Shown in pieces: positions 50,128 to 59,238 of a DNA stretch of 64,000 nucleotides (within the stretch, counting starts at the first letter, position 1; every line of letters begins with the position of its first letter). Below the pieces are notes generated by a model. It saw nothing but the letters and a program-made list of their open reading frames with translations, was not told the DNA's origin and did no database searches. Source of the DNA: Terriglobia bacterium (GTDB lineage: Bacteria; Acidobacteriota; Terriglobia; Acidiferrales; UBA7541). The stretch covers positions 3,584,001 through 3,648,000 of the forward strand of contig OY968796.1 of assembly GCA_963695545.1 (NCBI GenBank). The letters run 5' to 3'. Made by a program: the position numbers and the translations under genes.

Positions 50128-51792
50128 TTGAGTCAGTCTTCTTTGTGGGCTATTCCGCTCGGAGGTCTCGGCGAGTTCGGCATGAACATGCTGGCTCTGC
50201 GCTGGGCTGACGATATCATCCTGATCGATGCCGGCATGATGTTTCCCGAAGCCGAGCTGCTCGGCGTCGACGTGGTGATCCCCGACATCAGTTACCTCAA
50301 ACAGAATCGCACGAAACTGCGCGCGATTTTTCTGACGCATGGCCACGAAGATCACATCGGCGCGCTGCCTTATATTTTGCGCGACGTCCAGGCGCCGATT
50401 TACGGCACGCCGTTCACGCTCGCGCTGGTGCGCAAGCGCCTGGAAGAACATGGACTGCTCGAACAGGCCAAACTGCACGAAGTCACGCCGGGACAGCACG
50501 TTGAGATCGGGCCGTTCAACGTCGAATTCATTTACGTCACGCACAGCACGATCGATTGCGTGGCGCTGGCCGTGCGCACGCCGCTCGGCGTGATCATCCA
50601 CACTGGCGATTTCAAGATGGACTCCACGCCAACCGACGGCCGGCCCTTCGATTACCACACCTTCGCGCGCTACGGCCGCGAAGGCGTGCTCGCGCTCTTT
50701 AGCGACAGCACCAACGTCGAGCGGCCGGGCTTCACGAAATCTGAACGCGCCGTGCGGCCGCGCATCGAGGAAATATTCCGTGCCGCGCCGCGCAAAGTTC
50801 TGTTCTCGTGTTTCGCGTCGTCGATCCCGCGCATCCAGCAGGCCATCGAACTCGCCGCCGCTGCCGGCAGAAAAGTTGGATTCCTCGGCCGCAGCATGGT
50901 GGACAACGTTGAGATCGCGCACGGCATGGGCCGATTGACGATTCCGGACGGCTTGGTGGTTCGCTCGCAGGACTTGAAATCGTTTCCGCCCGAGAAATTG
51001 GTGATCATCGCCAGCGGCAGCCAGGCGGAGCCGATGTCGTCGCTTTCGCGCATCGCCGTGGACAATCACAAGTGGGTCACGCTCGACGAGCGCGATACCG
51101 TGGTGCTCTCCGCGCGCATCATTCCCGGCAACGAGAAAGCGATTTTCCGCATGCTCGATCATATGTTCCGCCGCCAGGCGCTGGTCCATTACGACAACGA
51201 GGGTGGCACGATTCACGTTTCAGGCCACGCGAGCCAGGAAGAGCAGAAGTTGCTGCTGAATCTCGTGCGCCCAAAAACTTTCATTCCCATTCACGGCGAA
51301 TACCGGCAATTGTTCCGTCACGCGGCGCTGGCGCATGAAGTCGGCGCCGTCTCCGGCGAAATCATGCTGCTCGAATCCGGCCGGCCAGTGGAATTTACAG
51401 AACGCGGCGCGTTCCGGCGCGATCCGGTGCCGGCGGGCCGCGTGTGCGTTGATTCCGGATCGCTCGAGGAAATCGAAGAGGTGGTGATCCGCGATCGGCA
51501 GCATCTCGCCGAAGACGGCGTGGTCGTGCCGATCATCGCGATCGATAAACACACGGGCCGAATGGAATCGCAGCCCGAAGTGGTCACGCGCGGCCTCTTG
51601 CCTTCCGACGACGGACAAGAACTAATCGCCGGCGCGCGCGCCGTGATCATTCGCACGATCGAGCAATCGAACTTGGAGGAAAAAACCGACTGGAGCGTCA
51701 TCAAGGAAAAAATCCGGGTGGACTTGAAGCGCTATCTCAATAAGCAAACTTCCAAGCGTCCTCTGATCCTGCCGGTAATTCTCGAAGTGTAG
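50128..51792 (+). CDS. rnj: ribonuclease J
   Basis: PLGGLGEFGMNM, THGHEDHIG, HTGDFK, HVSGH, PIHGE, RPLILP. Confidence 0.96.
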   Translation: MSQSSLWAIPLGGLGEFGMNMLALRWADDIILIDAGMMFPEAELLGVDVVIPDISYLKQNRTKLRAIFLTHGHEDHIGALPYILRDVQAPIYGTPFTLALVRKRLEEHGLLEQAKLHEVTPGQHVEIGPFNVEFIYVTHSTIDCVALAVRTPLGVIIHTGDFKMDSTPTDGRPFDYHTFARYGREGVLALFSDSTNVERPGFTKSERAVRPRIEEIFRAAPRKVLFSCFASSIPRIQQAIELAAAAGRKVGFLGRSMVDNVEIAHGMGRLTIPDGLVVRSQDLKSFPPEKLVIIASGSQAEPMSSLSRIAVDNHKWVTLDERDTVVLSARIIPGNEKAIFRMLDHMFRRQALVHYDNEGGTIHVSGHASQEEQKLLLNLVRPKTFIPIHGEYRQLFRHAALAHEVGAVSGEIMLLESGRPVEFTERGAFRRDPVPAGRVCVDSGSLEEIEEVVIRDRQHLAEDGVVVPIIAIDKHTGRMESQPEVVTRGLLPSDDGQELIAGARAVIIRTIEQSNLEEKTDWSVIKEKIRVDLKRYLNKQTSKRPLILPVILEV

Positions 51793-51879
51793 CGCGCTCC
51801 GGTTCACACGCTCCCGCTGTTATGATGCAACCTCGCCGGCACTCGTGCTCGATTTTTCCGCGATCGGAGGAATTTCTTC

Positions 51880-52404
51880 GTGGCTAGCTCGATTGAGCAG
51901 CGCTATGCCGGTTTTTGGCTCAGGGTTACTCCCGCCGTTCTCGATTTGATGGTCCTGGGCCTCGCGCTCGGGGTCTTCGTCTCTTTCCTCGAAGTCGCGC
52001 GCGGATCACCAACGGCTTTCTTGAATCTTCGTCCGGGAGATCCGCCGAGCGCGGTCATCAAGGCCATCGGCCTGCGCGGGATTATCGCGATTCTCGGATT
52101 CTTCATCGTCAGCGGATGGCTATATTACGCGCTGCTCGAAAGCTCGCGCTGGCAAGGAACGCTCGGCAAGAAGTTTTTTGGTCTGTACGTCACCGACACG
52201 CAAGGCAATCGAATTAGTTTTGGGCGCGCGACCCGGCGTTACCTCTGCGGCCACTTCTGGCTCTGTGTTCCTTCCATCGGTGGACTCTACTTCACCACGG
52301 ATTGCATTTGCAGCGGACTCACCGCCAGGAAGCAGGCGCTTCATGACGCGATCACCGGCTGCCTGGTTTTAAGGCGAGATGAAGGCGGAGCGCGGCGCGA
52401 ATAA
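51880..52404 (+). CDS. RDD family protein
   Basis: YAGFWLR..A.LD, ESSRWQGTLGK, KQALHD. Confidence 0.9.
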   Translation: MASSIEQRYAGFWLRVTPAVLDLMVLGLALGVFVSFLEVARGSPTAFLNLRPGDPPSAVIKAIGLRGIIAILGFFIVSGWLYYALLESSRWQGTLGKKFFGLYVTDTQGNRISFGRATRRYLCGHFWLCVPSIGGLYFTTDCICSGLTARKQALHDAITGCLVLRRDEGGARRE

Positions 52405-52407
52405 CCC

Positions 52408-52863
52408 GTGTCTGGCGAAATGTTGCGCGACTACACGCCTGCCGATTTCGACGCCCTCTACAAACTCGATCGCGTCTGCTATCCGCGCGGAATCGCTTAC
52501 TCCCGGCCCGAGCTGCGTTGGTTTCTCGCACAACCCGGCGCGCTGTGCGTTGTGGCCGAAAGCGAAGGCCAACCTGCGGGCTTTCTCATCGCCGATCGCG
52601 AAGCATCGCAGGCGCACATCATCACCATCGACGTTGCGCCGGAGCACCGCCGCCGCGGCGTCGGCACGCAGATGCTCGAAGAGATCGAACGCCGTTTGCG
52701 CGCGCTTGGCGCGAGCGAAATCAATCTCGAAACCGGGACCGACAACCAAGCCGGCACGGCTTTCTGGATGCGCCACGGCTATCGCACGATCGGAATTCTG
52801 CAGGGCTACTATCCCGGCCCACAAGACGCCTACGCCATGCAGAAGCGCCTGTCTGCGAAATAA
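52408..52863 (+). CDS. GNAT acetyltransferase (RimI-like)
   Basis: HIITIDVAPEHRRRGVG, LET..DN, YY...DAYAM. Confidence 0.88.
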   Translation: MSGEMLRDYTPADFDALYKLDRVCYPRGIAYSRPELRWFLAQPGALCVVAESEGQPAGFLIADREASQAHIITIDVAPEHRRRGVGTQMLEEIERRLRALGASEINLETGTDNQAGTAFWMRHGYRTIGILQGYYPGPQDAYAMQKRLSAK

Positions 52864-53063
52864 TTCCGCGCCGCAGATCTGAACCGCGCAGTCGCGCAGC
52901 CGAATTCTCGGCGTTACCTCCGGAAACACACCGCGAAAATCCTCGTTGCCTACTGAATTGTCCTTGCTATAGTCATCTTGCTGTCGGTCTGACTCAGCCT
53001 CGCGCGTTAGCGCCCGCGCGGCTGGACCGCGGCCCCGTCCTTCCCCCCGGACCGGAGATTTGT

Positions 53064-55406
53064 GTGCGTGTATTAATCCCGACTGAGAACCGTCGATTGA
53101 ACGAAATGGTGGGCTTTGTAGGTATCACCGTTTCAGTGCTGATCTTTTTGGCGCTGGTGTCCTACAACCCGCACGACGCCTCCTTCAACGTCTCGGCGCC
53201 CGCGCCTGACGCTCATTCCGCCGTCAATTGGATCGGCCCCGTCGGCGCTTACGGCGCGGATTTGCTGTTCCAATGCCTTGGGTACGCCGTTTTTCTGTTG
53301 CCCGTCGTGATGTTCACGCTCGCGTGGCGCTGGTTCCGCTCGCAACCGGTGGAATCTCCCGTCTCGAAAATTGTGGGCTGCGCGCTGCTCGGAATTTTTC
53401 TGCCCGCCCTCCTGGCGCTCTGGCATTGGCCTGATGTGCGCGGAGCGATTCCGCCCGGCGGAATGTTCGGCCATCTGGTCGCAAGCGGCTTGCTGGCGGG
53501 CCTCAACACAGTAGGTGCGAATGTTGTCGCGCTGGCCGCGTTTTTGGTTTCCCTGTTTCTCACCACACGCTTTTCCTTCGAGGCCGTGCACGGATTGGTG
53601 CGTGTGCCGATGAAACGCCTCGATCCGCTCGGCCGCATACGCGACCGCTGGGCGGCCTGGCGCGAATCGCGCGAAGAATTGCGCATGAAGAAGCGCCTGG
53701 TGGAAATCAAGACCGTCGGCCGCCAACCCGTCGCGTCGCAAGTGCCCGGCCCGGCAACGCTACTGCTCAAGAGCGCTGCGCCTGAAGTCGAAATTGACGA
53801 CGACGCGCCGGAGCCGCGATCGCCGATCGAAGAAGCCTTGTCCGGCCCCATCTTGATGCACCGGCAAGAACAGAAGCCCGCGCCCACAAAATCTTCCGGC
53901 GAACCGAAAATTGCGCGCGCCGCCGGCGGTTTCCGCCTGCCGCCTCCTTCCCTGCTGCACTCGGCGGAGCGCGGCGAAAAAATGAAGGAAGAGGACCTCA
54001 AGGAATACGCGCACGCCATCGAACAAAAATGTCAGGAATTCGATATCGGCGGACGCGTCACGCAGATCAATCCGGGTCCCGTCGTCACCACGTATGAATT
54101 CAAGCCCGAAGCCGGCATCAAATACAGCCGCATCACCGGCCTTGCCGACGATTTGTGTCTCGCGTTGCGCGCCGAATCCATTTTGATCGAGCGCATTCCG
54201 GGAAAATCTACGGTGGGCATCGAAGTGCCCAATCCGCACCGCGAAACGATTACGTTGCGCGAACAGATCGAATCTTCCGAGTTCGTGCATTCGCCGTCGA
54301 AACTCACACTGGCGCTCGGCAAAGATCTGATCGGCCGCAGCCGTCTTTCGGATCTCGCGCAGATGCCGCATTTGCTGATCGCCGGCTCGACGGGCACGGG
54401 CAAGAGCGTGTTTTTGAACGCCATGATCATCTCGATGCTCTACAAGGCCACGCCCGACGAATTGAAACTCGTGATGGTGGACCCCAAGCGCCTCGAGCTC
54501 GGACTGTACGAGGAGATTCCGCATCTGCTCGCGCCAGTCGTCACCGATCCGAAAGTGGCCTCGAATGTTTTGCGCAACGCGACGCGCGAGATGGAACAGC
54601 GCTTAAAACTCTTGGCGCAGCGCGGCGTGCGCAACATCGATCAATACAATCGCACATTCCAAAAAGGCCAATCGCTCTCGCTCTTTGAGGATAGCGACGA
54701 AGCCGAGCATCGTCCTCTTCCCTACATCGTGATCGTGATTGACGAATTGGCCGATCTAATGATGGTCGATACCAACAACGTCGAACAATCCATCACGCGT
54801 CTCGCGCAAATGGCGCGCGCCGTCGGCATCCATTTAATTCTTGCCACGCAGCGCCCGTCGGTCGACGTGATCACCGGCCTCATTAAAGCCAATTTCCCCG
54901 CGCGCATTTCTTTCCGCGTGGCCAGCAAAGTGGATTCGCGCACGATTCTCGATGCCAACGGCGCCGAATCGTTGCTCGGCCGCGGCGACATGCTCTATCT
55001 GCCCGCCGGCTCCGCGCGCCTGCACCGCATCCACGGACCGTTCGTCACCGAAGAAGAAATCACCGGCGTGTGCGATTTCTGGCGCGCGCAAGCGAAAGCC
55101 GTTTACAACGAACGCCTGCTCGACCCGCCACGCGACGAACAGCAATCGAACGAAGAAGGCGGCGAGGGCGGCGGCGAAGAAATCGACGATGCTCTCTACC
55201 AAGAGGCCGTGCGCGTGTGCTGCGAAATGGGTCGCGCTTCCACTTCGACGCTGCAGCGCCGCCTGCGCGTCGGCTACGGCCGCGCCGCGCGCCTAATCGA
55301 TGTGATGGAGAAAGACGGCATCGTCGGCCCCGCCGACGGCACAAAACCTCGCGAAGTCCTGAAAGGCAAAGACTGGATTCGCGAATTCGAGTCGAATCGC
55401 CGCTAA
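53064..55406 (+). CDS. ftsK: DNA translocase FtsK/SpoIIIE
   Basis: N-terminal TMs; GPVVTTYE, PHLLIAGSTGTGKS, DELADLM, ATQRPSVDVITG, LQRRLRVGYGRAARLID; GTG start after GGAG. Confidence 0.97.
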   Translation: MRVLIPTENRRLNEMVGFVGITVSVLIFLALVSYNPHDASFNVSAPAPDAHSAVNWIGPVGAYGADLLFQCLGYAVFLLPVVMFTLAWRWFRSQPVESPVSKIVGCALLGIFLPALLALWHWPDVRGAIPPGGMFGHLVASGLLAGLNTVGANVVALAAFLVSLFLTTRFSFEAVHGLVRVPMKRLDPLGRIRDRWAAWRESREELRMKKRLVEIKTVGRQPVASQVPGPATLLLKSAAPEVEIDDDAPEPRSPIEEALSGPILMHRQEQKPAPTKSSGEPKIARAAGGFRLPPPSLLHSAERGEKMKEEDLKEYAHAIEQKCQEFDIGGRVTQINPGPVVTTYEFKPEAGIKYSRITGLADDLCLALRAESILIERIPGKSTVGIEVPNPHRETITLREQIESSEFVHSPSKLTLALGKDLIGRSRLSDLAQMPHLLIAGSTGTGKSVFLNAMIISMLYKATPDELKLVMVDPKRLELGLYEEIPHLLAPVVTDPKVASNVLRNATREMEQRLKLLAQRGVRNIDQYNRTFQKGQSLSLFEDSDEAEHRPLPYIVIVIDELADLMMVDTNNVEQSITRLAQMARAVGIHLILATQRPSVDVITGLIKANFPARISFRVASKVDSRTILDANGAESLLGRGDMLYLPAGSARLHRIHGPFVTEEEITGVCDFWRAQAKAVYNERLLDPPRDEQQSNEEGGEGGGEEIDDALYQEAVRVCCEMGRASTSTLQRRLRVGYGRAARLIDVMEKDGIVGPADGTKPREVLKGKDWIREFESNRR

Positions 55407-55592
55407 CGCCGCGCCCCCCGCCGCGCGTCAAATTCCGATCAATCCGCAGTTCGCAGCCTCGCTGCGCAGCAGTCCTAGTACCTGTTCATAACGGTACAGA
55501 CGCGGTGCCTTGCATTTCATTAGCATGTTCTCGCCCCGCATCTACGTTCCCGCGTGTGGAGCAACCGAGACACGGATGTTAGGGAGGGCAAA

Positions 55593-56516
55593 ATGATATT
55601 GCGAACTTTTCCCGTATTGCTCCTGGCGATGGTGTTCACGTTGTTGGCGGCCAGCGCCCGCGCCGACATGATTCTCGGATACGATACCGACTTGTCAAGT
55701 GCTGCGGTCCTGGCTGGCTCCACGGTGACCAACACCGGCCCGACCACCATCACTGGTGACGTGGATCTCTATGCGGGCACTTCAATCACCGGTGAGTCAG
55801 ACATCACCCTAACAGGAGCAAGCGTATACGAGGACACGACGCCGACCGCGATGGGAGCTCAAGCGGACCTCACCAGCGCATTGACGGAGCTGGAAGGCCT
55901 GGGGCCCGGAACTACGTTGTCGAGTTCGAACCTGACTGGCCTGACTCTCGCTCCGGGCGTCTATACCGTCCCGGGGGCCGCGCTACTGAATGTGGATGGA
56001 ACGGTAACTCTAGACGGCGAGGGCAACGCCAATGCAGCGTGGGTTTTCCTGGTGGATGGATTCACCACCGGAACCGGCTCGTCGGTCGATGTCGAAAACA
56101 CCGGCGCAGGTGCTGGCATTTTTTGGGTCGATAGCAGCTCCACGACTCTCGGCGTAGACAGCTCATTCGAGGGGAATATTCTCGCGTCCACAAGCATCAG
56201 TCTAGACAGCGGCGCAACAGATGACTGCGGCAGAGCGTTGGCGTCAACCGGCGCGGTAACGATGGACAATAACACCATCTCGATCGGCTGCGCGGGTACC
56301 GAAGGCAACGGCGGCAGCGGTTTCAGCGGCGGCCTCTCGGTCACTCCTGAAGTCGCCGGTCCGGCGCTGGTCAGTGTACTGCCCTCGAGCCCCGTGGTTC
56401 CGGCTCCGGAGCCCGGCACGTTTGCGTTGCTCCTGTCCGGGCTGCTCGCAATCGGTCTATTGGCGCTCCGCAAGTTGCGCTCAAGCCCGCGAATAAGTTG
56501 CGCGGATATCCTCTGA
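55593..56516 (+). CDS. ice-binding-like (DUF3494) protein with PEP-CTERM sorting signal
   Basis: Signal peptide ARA-D; AVLAGSTVTNTG, TLAPGVY, TLDGEGNANAAWVF, FEGNILA, GRALA..GAVTMDNNTI; C-terminal APEPGT + TM + RK. Confidence 0.88.
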   Translation: MILRTFPVLLLAMVFTLLAASARADMILGYDTDLSSAAVLAGSTVTNTGPTTITGDVDLYAGTSITGESDITLTGASVYEDTTPTAMGAQADLTSALTELEGLGPGTTLSSSNLTGLTLAPGVYTVPGAALLNVDGTVTLDGEGNANAAWVFLVDGFTTGTGSSVDVENTGAGAGIFWVDSSSTTLGVDSSFEGNILASTSISLDSGATDDCGRALASTGAVTMDNNTISIGCAGTEGNGGSGFSGGLSVTPEVAGPALVSVLPSSPVVPAPEPGTFALLLSGLLAIGLLALRKLRSSPRISCADIL

Positions 56517-56642
56517 ATCGTGCAAAGAAAAAAGCCCCGTGCAAGCTCCTCCCTCGCCGCGCGCGCGAATCGCGTGCGTGCGCTGCCGCGCCTCCGTTTT
56601 GACTGTTACTTGCCGCGCCAGTAGAATGTCTATCGCCCCGGT

Positions 56643-56717
56643 GCCGGGGTAGCTCACCGGTAGAGCGCGGCCCTGAAAAGGCCGGCGTAGGCAGTTCAAC
56701 TCTGCCCCCCGGCACCA
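56643..56717 (+). tRNA. tRNA-Phe (GAA)
   Basis: Acceptor GCCGGGG/CCCCGGC-A-CCA; anticodon arm CGGCC-CTGAAAA-GGCCG; T arm GGCAG-TTCAACT-CTGCC. Confidence 0.93.
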
Positions 56718-56755
56718 TTTCTGCGCAGACCGAAATCAATCAGAAAAAATCGCCA

Positions 56756-57436
56756 TCAATTCTTGACGTAGAGATCGGGCAGCGATTTCCGCAATTTATC
56801 CAGCTTAGGCGCGTCGTACATCATGATGTACATGCTGTCAGGATTACGCCGGGCGTAATCCTGGTGGTAGTCCTCAGCCTGATAAAAAGCCTCCAGGGGA
56901 ACAACTTGCGTAACGATCTTGTCGCGATAAGCGTGCTCTTGATCGATCTGCGCGATGTAGGCTTCCGCGATGCGCTGCTGATCCGGATTCGCATAGAAAA
57001 CGATGGAGCGATACTGCGTGCCTTCGTCAGGCCCCTGACGGTTCAGCTCCGTCGGATCGTGGGCCACCGAGAAAAATACTTGCAGTAATCGTCCGTAAGT
57101 AATTTGCGAAGGATCGTAAACGATTTTCACGGACTCGGCGTGCCCCGTACTGCCGCTGCTGACTGCTTCATAGTCGGGGCTCTTCACGTTTCCGCCGGAG
57201 TATCCATCCGTTGCGCTGATCACGCCCTTTACGTGCTCAAATACGAGCTGGATGCCCCAGAAGCAGCCGCCTGCGACCACGGCGGTCTGCTGGCCGCTCT
57301 GCGCGGCCAGCGAATCGTCCACCGTGGGAGCCGCGATCGGCACCGTCGCACTCGCCGCATTGCGGGTTGCCAGCGCGCCAAATCCAAACAAGCCCACGAT
57401 GATTGCAGCGCTGATTCCAAAAGATCGAAAAGTCAT
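56756..57436 (-). CDS. msrA: peptide-methionine (S)-S-oxide reductase, exported
   Basis: GGCFWG, GHAESV, HDPT, QYRS, AEDYHQDY; N-terminal signal peptide. Confidence 0.95.
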   Translation of the reverse strand: MTFRSFGISAAIIVGLFGFGALATRNAASATVPIAAPTVDDSLAAQSGQQTAVVAGGCFWGIQLVFEHVKGVISATDGYSGGNVKSPDYEAVSSGSTGHAESVKIVYDPSQITYGRLLQVFFSVAHDPTELNRQGPDEGTQYRSIVFYANPDQQRIAEAYIAQIDQEHAYRDKIVTQVVPLEAFYQAEDYHQDYARRNPDSMYIMMYDAPKLDKLRKSLPDLYVKN

Positions 57437-57471
57437 TGGCCCTCCTCGCGCAAATTGCGGCGCGACGTTAA

Positions 57472-58071
57472 TTAAGATGCCTTAGCGAACCGCAGCGCAA
57501 CGGAGTTCATGCAATAACGCAATCCAGTCGGCGGCGGCCCGTCGTCAAAAACGTGTCCGAGGTGAGCATCACAAAGCCGGCACCGCACCTCGGTTCGCAT
57601 CATGCCGAGGCTCACATCCGTATCTTCCAGCACGTTTTCTTTCGCGATGGGCTCCCAAAAACTTGGCCAGCCCGTGCCGGAATCAAATTTGGTGTCGGAA
57701 CTGAAAAGCGCGTTATCGCAACAGATGCAGCGGAACACGCCCTTGTCATGCTCGTTCAGAAGCGCCCCGGTAAATGGCCTCTCTGTGTCCGCATGCCGCG
57801 TCACGTCAAACGAATCGGAGGACAACTGCGCCTTCCATTCGGCCTCGGTTTTCCTGATCATGGGTTCTGTTATGACTCCTTTCCTTTCGCCCGCGTCGGT
57901 GAACTCGACGATCGTCACTTGCTTCGGAGGCTTGTCCGGCGCCGCCTCCACGCGGTCAGGATCGTTCCGCTTGTAGCACCACAGCGCAAATCCAACCACC
58001 GCCGCGCCCGAAGTCGCGATAAACGCCCTCCGCCCAATCTCGCGGCCAATATTTTGATCTCGCTCAAACAT
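57472..58071 (-). CDS. msrB: peptide-methionine (R)-S-oxide reductase, Tat-like N-terminus
   Basis: KFDSGTGWPSF, RTEV, HLGHVFDDGP, RYCMNS; GRRAFI followed by a hydrophobic stretch. Confidence 0.95.
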   Translation of the reverse strand: MFERDQNIGREIGRRAFIATSGAAVVGFALWCYKRNDPDRVEAAPDKPPKQVTIVEFTDAGERKGVITEPMIRKTEAEWKAQLSSDSFDVTRHADTERPFTGALLNEHDKGVFRCICCDNALFSSDTKFDSGTGWPSFWEPIAKENVLEDTDVSLGMMRTEVRCRLCDAHLGHVFDDGPPPTGLRYCMNSVALRFAKAS

Positions 58072-58237
58072 GGCCACCTCCTTCACCGCGCCGCGAACGC
58101 CCGCATAGGCACGATCACCGTTGCTTCGATCCTATCAACCTGTACGGAAAAGGCGAAATCTCGGATGTTTGAGCCGGCTGTGGCGTCACCAATACACGGA
58201 CGGGCGCCGAAATCGCGGTGGGGTTGGGATGAGGGGT

Positions 58238-58697
58238 GTACACCCCCGGGTATGTTTTGCGTAAGAGCGGCAAACAAAGGACTTCCAGGAAAAGAGTGAC
58301 GAAGAGTGCGTAATCGACTGATTACGATAGAGTTGCGTGTGTTTGTTTTCAATGAGTTGCGCACTCTTTTGGATGGGCCTGAAGACAAATGACTTAGAGA
58401 GACGCTCTCGCACAACAAATGATTGCGAAGCGCGGAAAGAGCGGCGCTGCGCAGAGGTACGGACGCGAGGAGAGTGTGGAACGGCCCTTCCCTCCTTCGC
58501 CGAACCTGTGGCGGACACGCGACTCGCCGGCCGCGGACCGCGCATCCGGGGCTCGCACCGAGACAACATTCGGGATGCAGGACGAGCAATCGCTTGACGG
58601 GATGGGAAAATTCGGAAGTTTGTCGCGCGCTCACAGCACCTTATAGCACGGTAGTACCCAAGTGTCAAACATATTCTGTGGGTACACTATTCGAATA
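58238..58697 (-). repeat. dispersed promoter-bearing repeat element, copy 3
   Basis: TATTCGAATA 58688-58697; TTGACA-17-TATAAG 58668-58640; GTG 58634; CACTCTTTTCCTGGAAGTCCT; end CCGGGGGTGTAC. Confidence 0.85.
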
Positions 58698-59238
58698 CAA
58701 GGATTGGCGCGAGCTGCACGAAGCCGAGAAGAGGCCGCCAACGGTCGCACAAAGGTAAATCGCCTCCAATTCGAACGAGGACCATCTGCTCAATCTTGGT
58801 CTGCGATGTAAACATGCGACCTCCGAAAAATCGGGGTCTGTGGAGGTTAGCAGCGTGTCCCTGCCGCTTGCCGGGTACACGTCAATCTGCCGCCACAGCG
58901 TGGCGAGCCTGTCCGGCTTCTGGTTCCCTTCCGGCGTATCAATTTCCCTCGTGAAGGAGCTCGCTGGCACGCCCGATGCCAGAACAAACCCAGGTCGGGC
59001 AGGTTTCTGGAACGCGCCGGTACACAGTGTGCAGGAGATTGCGCAATGGAGTTACTCGGCAATTAACACATGAGCCCATGGACGCGGGCCCAGATTACTC
59101 TAAGCGGAAGATAATACGACGCTTACTATAGGGTCCCAAGGCCCCGCGCCAAGCTCTCGACATGGGCTTTGCCGTGCTTGAGAATGCACACGCGCAGTCC
59201 TGTGCCGCGAGTCTTTGTGAGATTTCGAGGGGAGAAAA

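Noticed and set aside
52518..53063. Extended N-termini given by the ORF track for ftsK (also icd, ino1, sdhA, sdhC, typA, mgtE-like, CoA-binding protein)
   Set aside because: Extensions overlap neighbouring genes or regulatory DNA and precede the family-typical N-terminus; downstream starts were used.
56643..56717. Suppressor or selenocysteine tRNA (TGA appears within the anticodon loop sequence)
   Set aside because: The 7-nt loop CTGAAAA centres on GAA (Phe); short variable arm and normal 7-bp acceptor stem.
58687..58815. 42-aa minus-strand ORF (MFTSQTKIEQ...) with GGAGG, ending within the TATTCGAATA palindrome
   Set aside because: Short, no recognisable motif and no counterpart beside the other two copies; unsupported.
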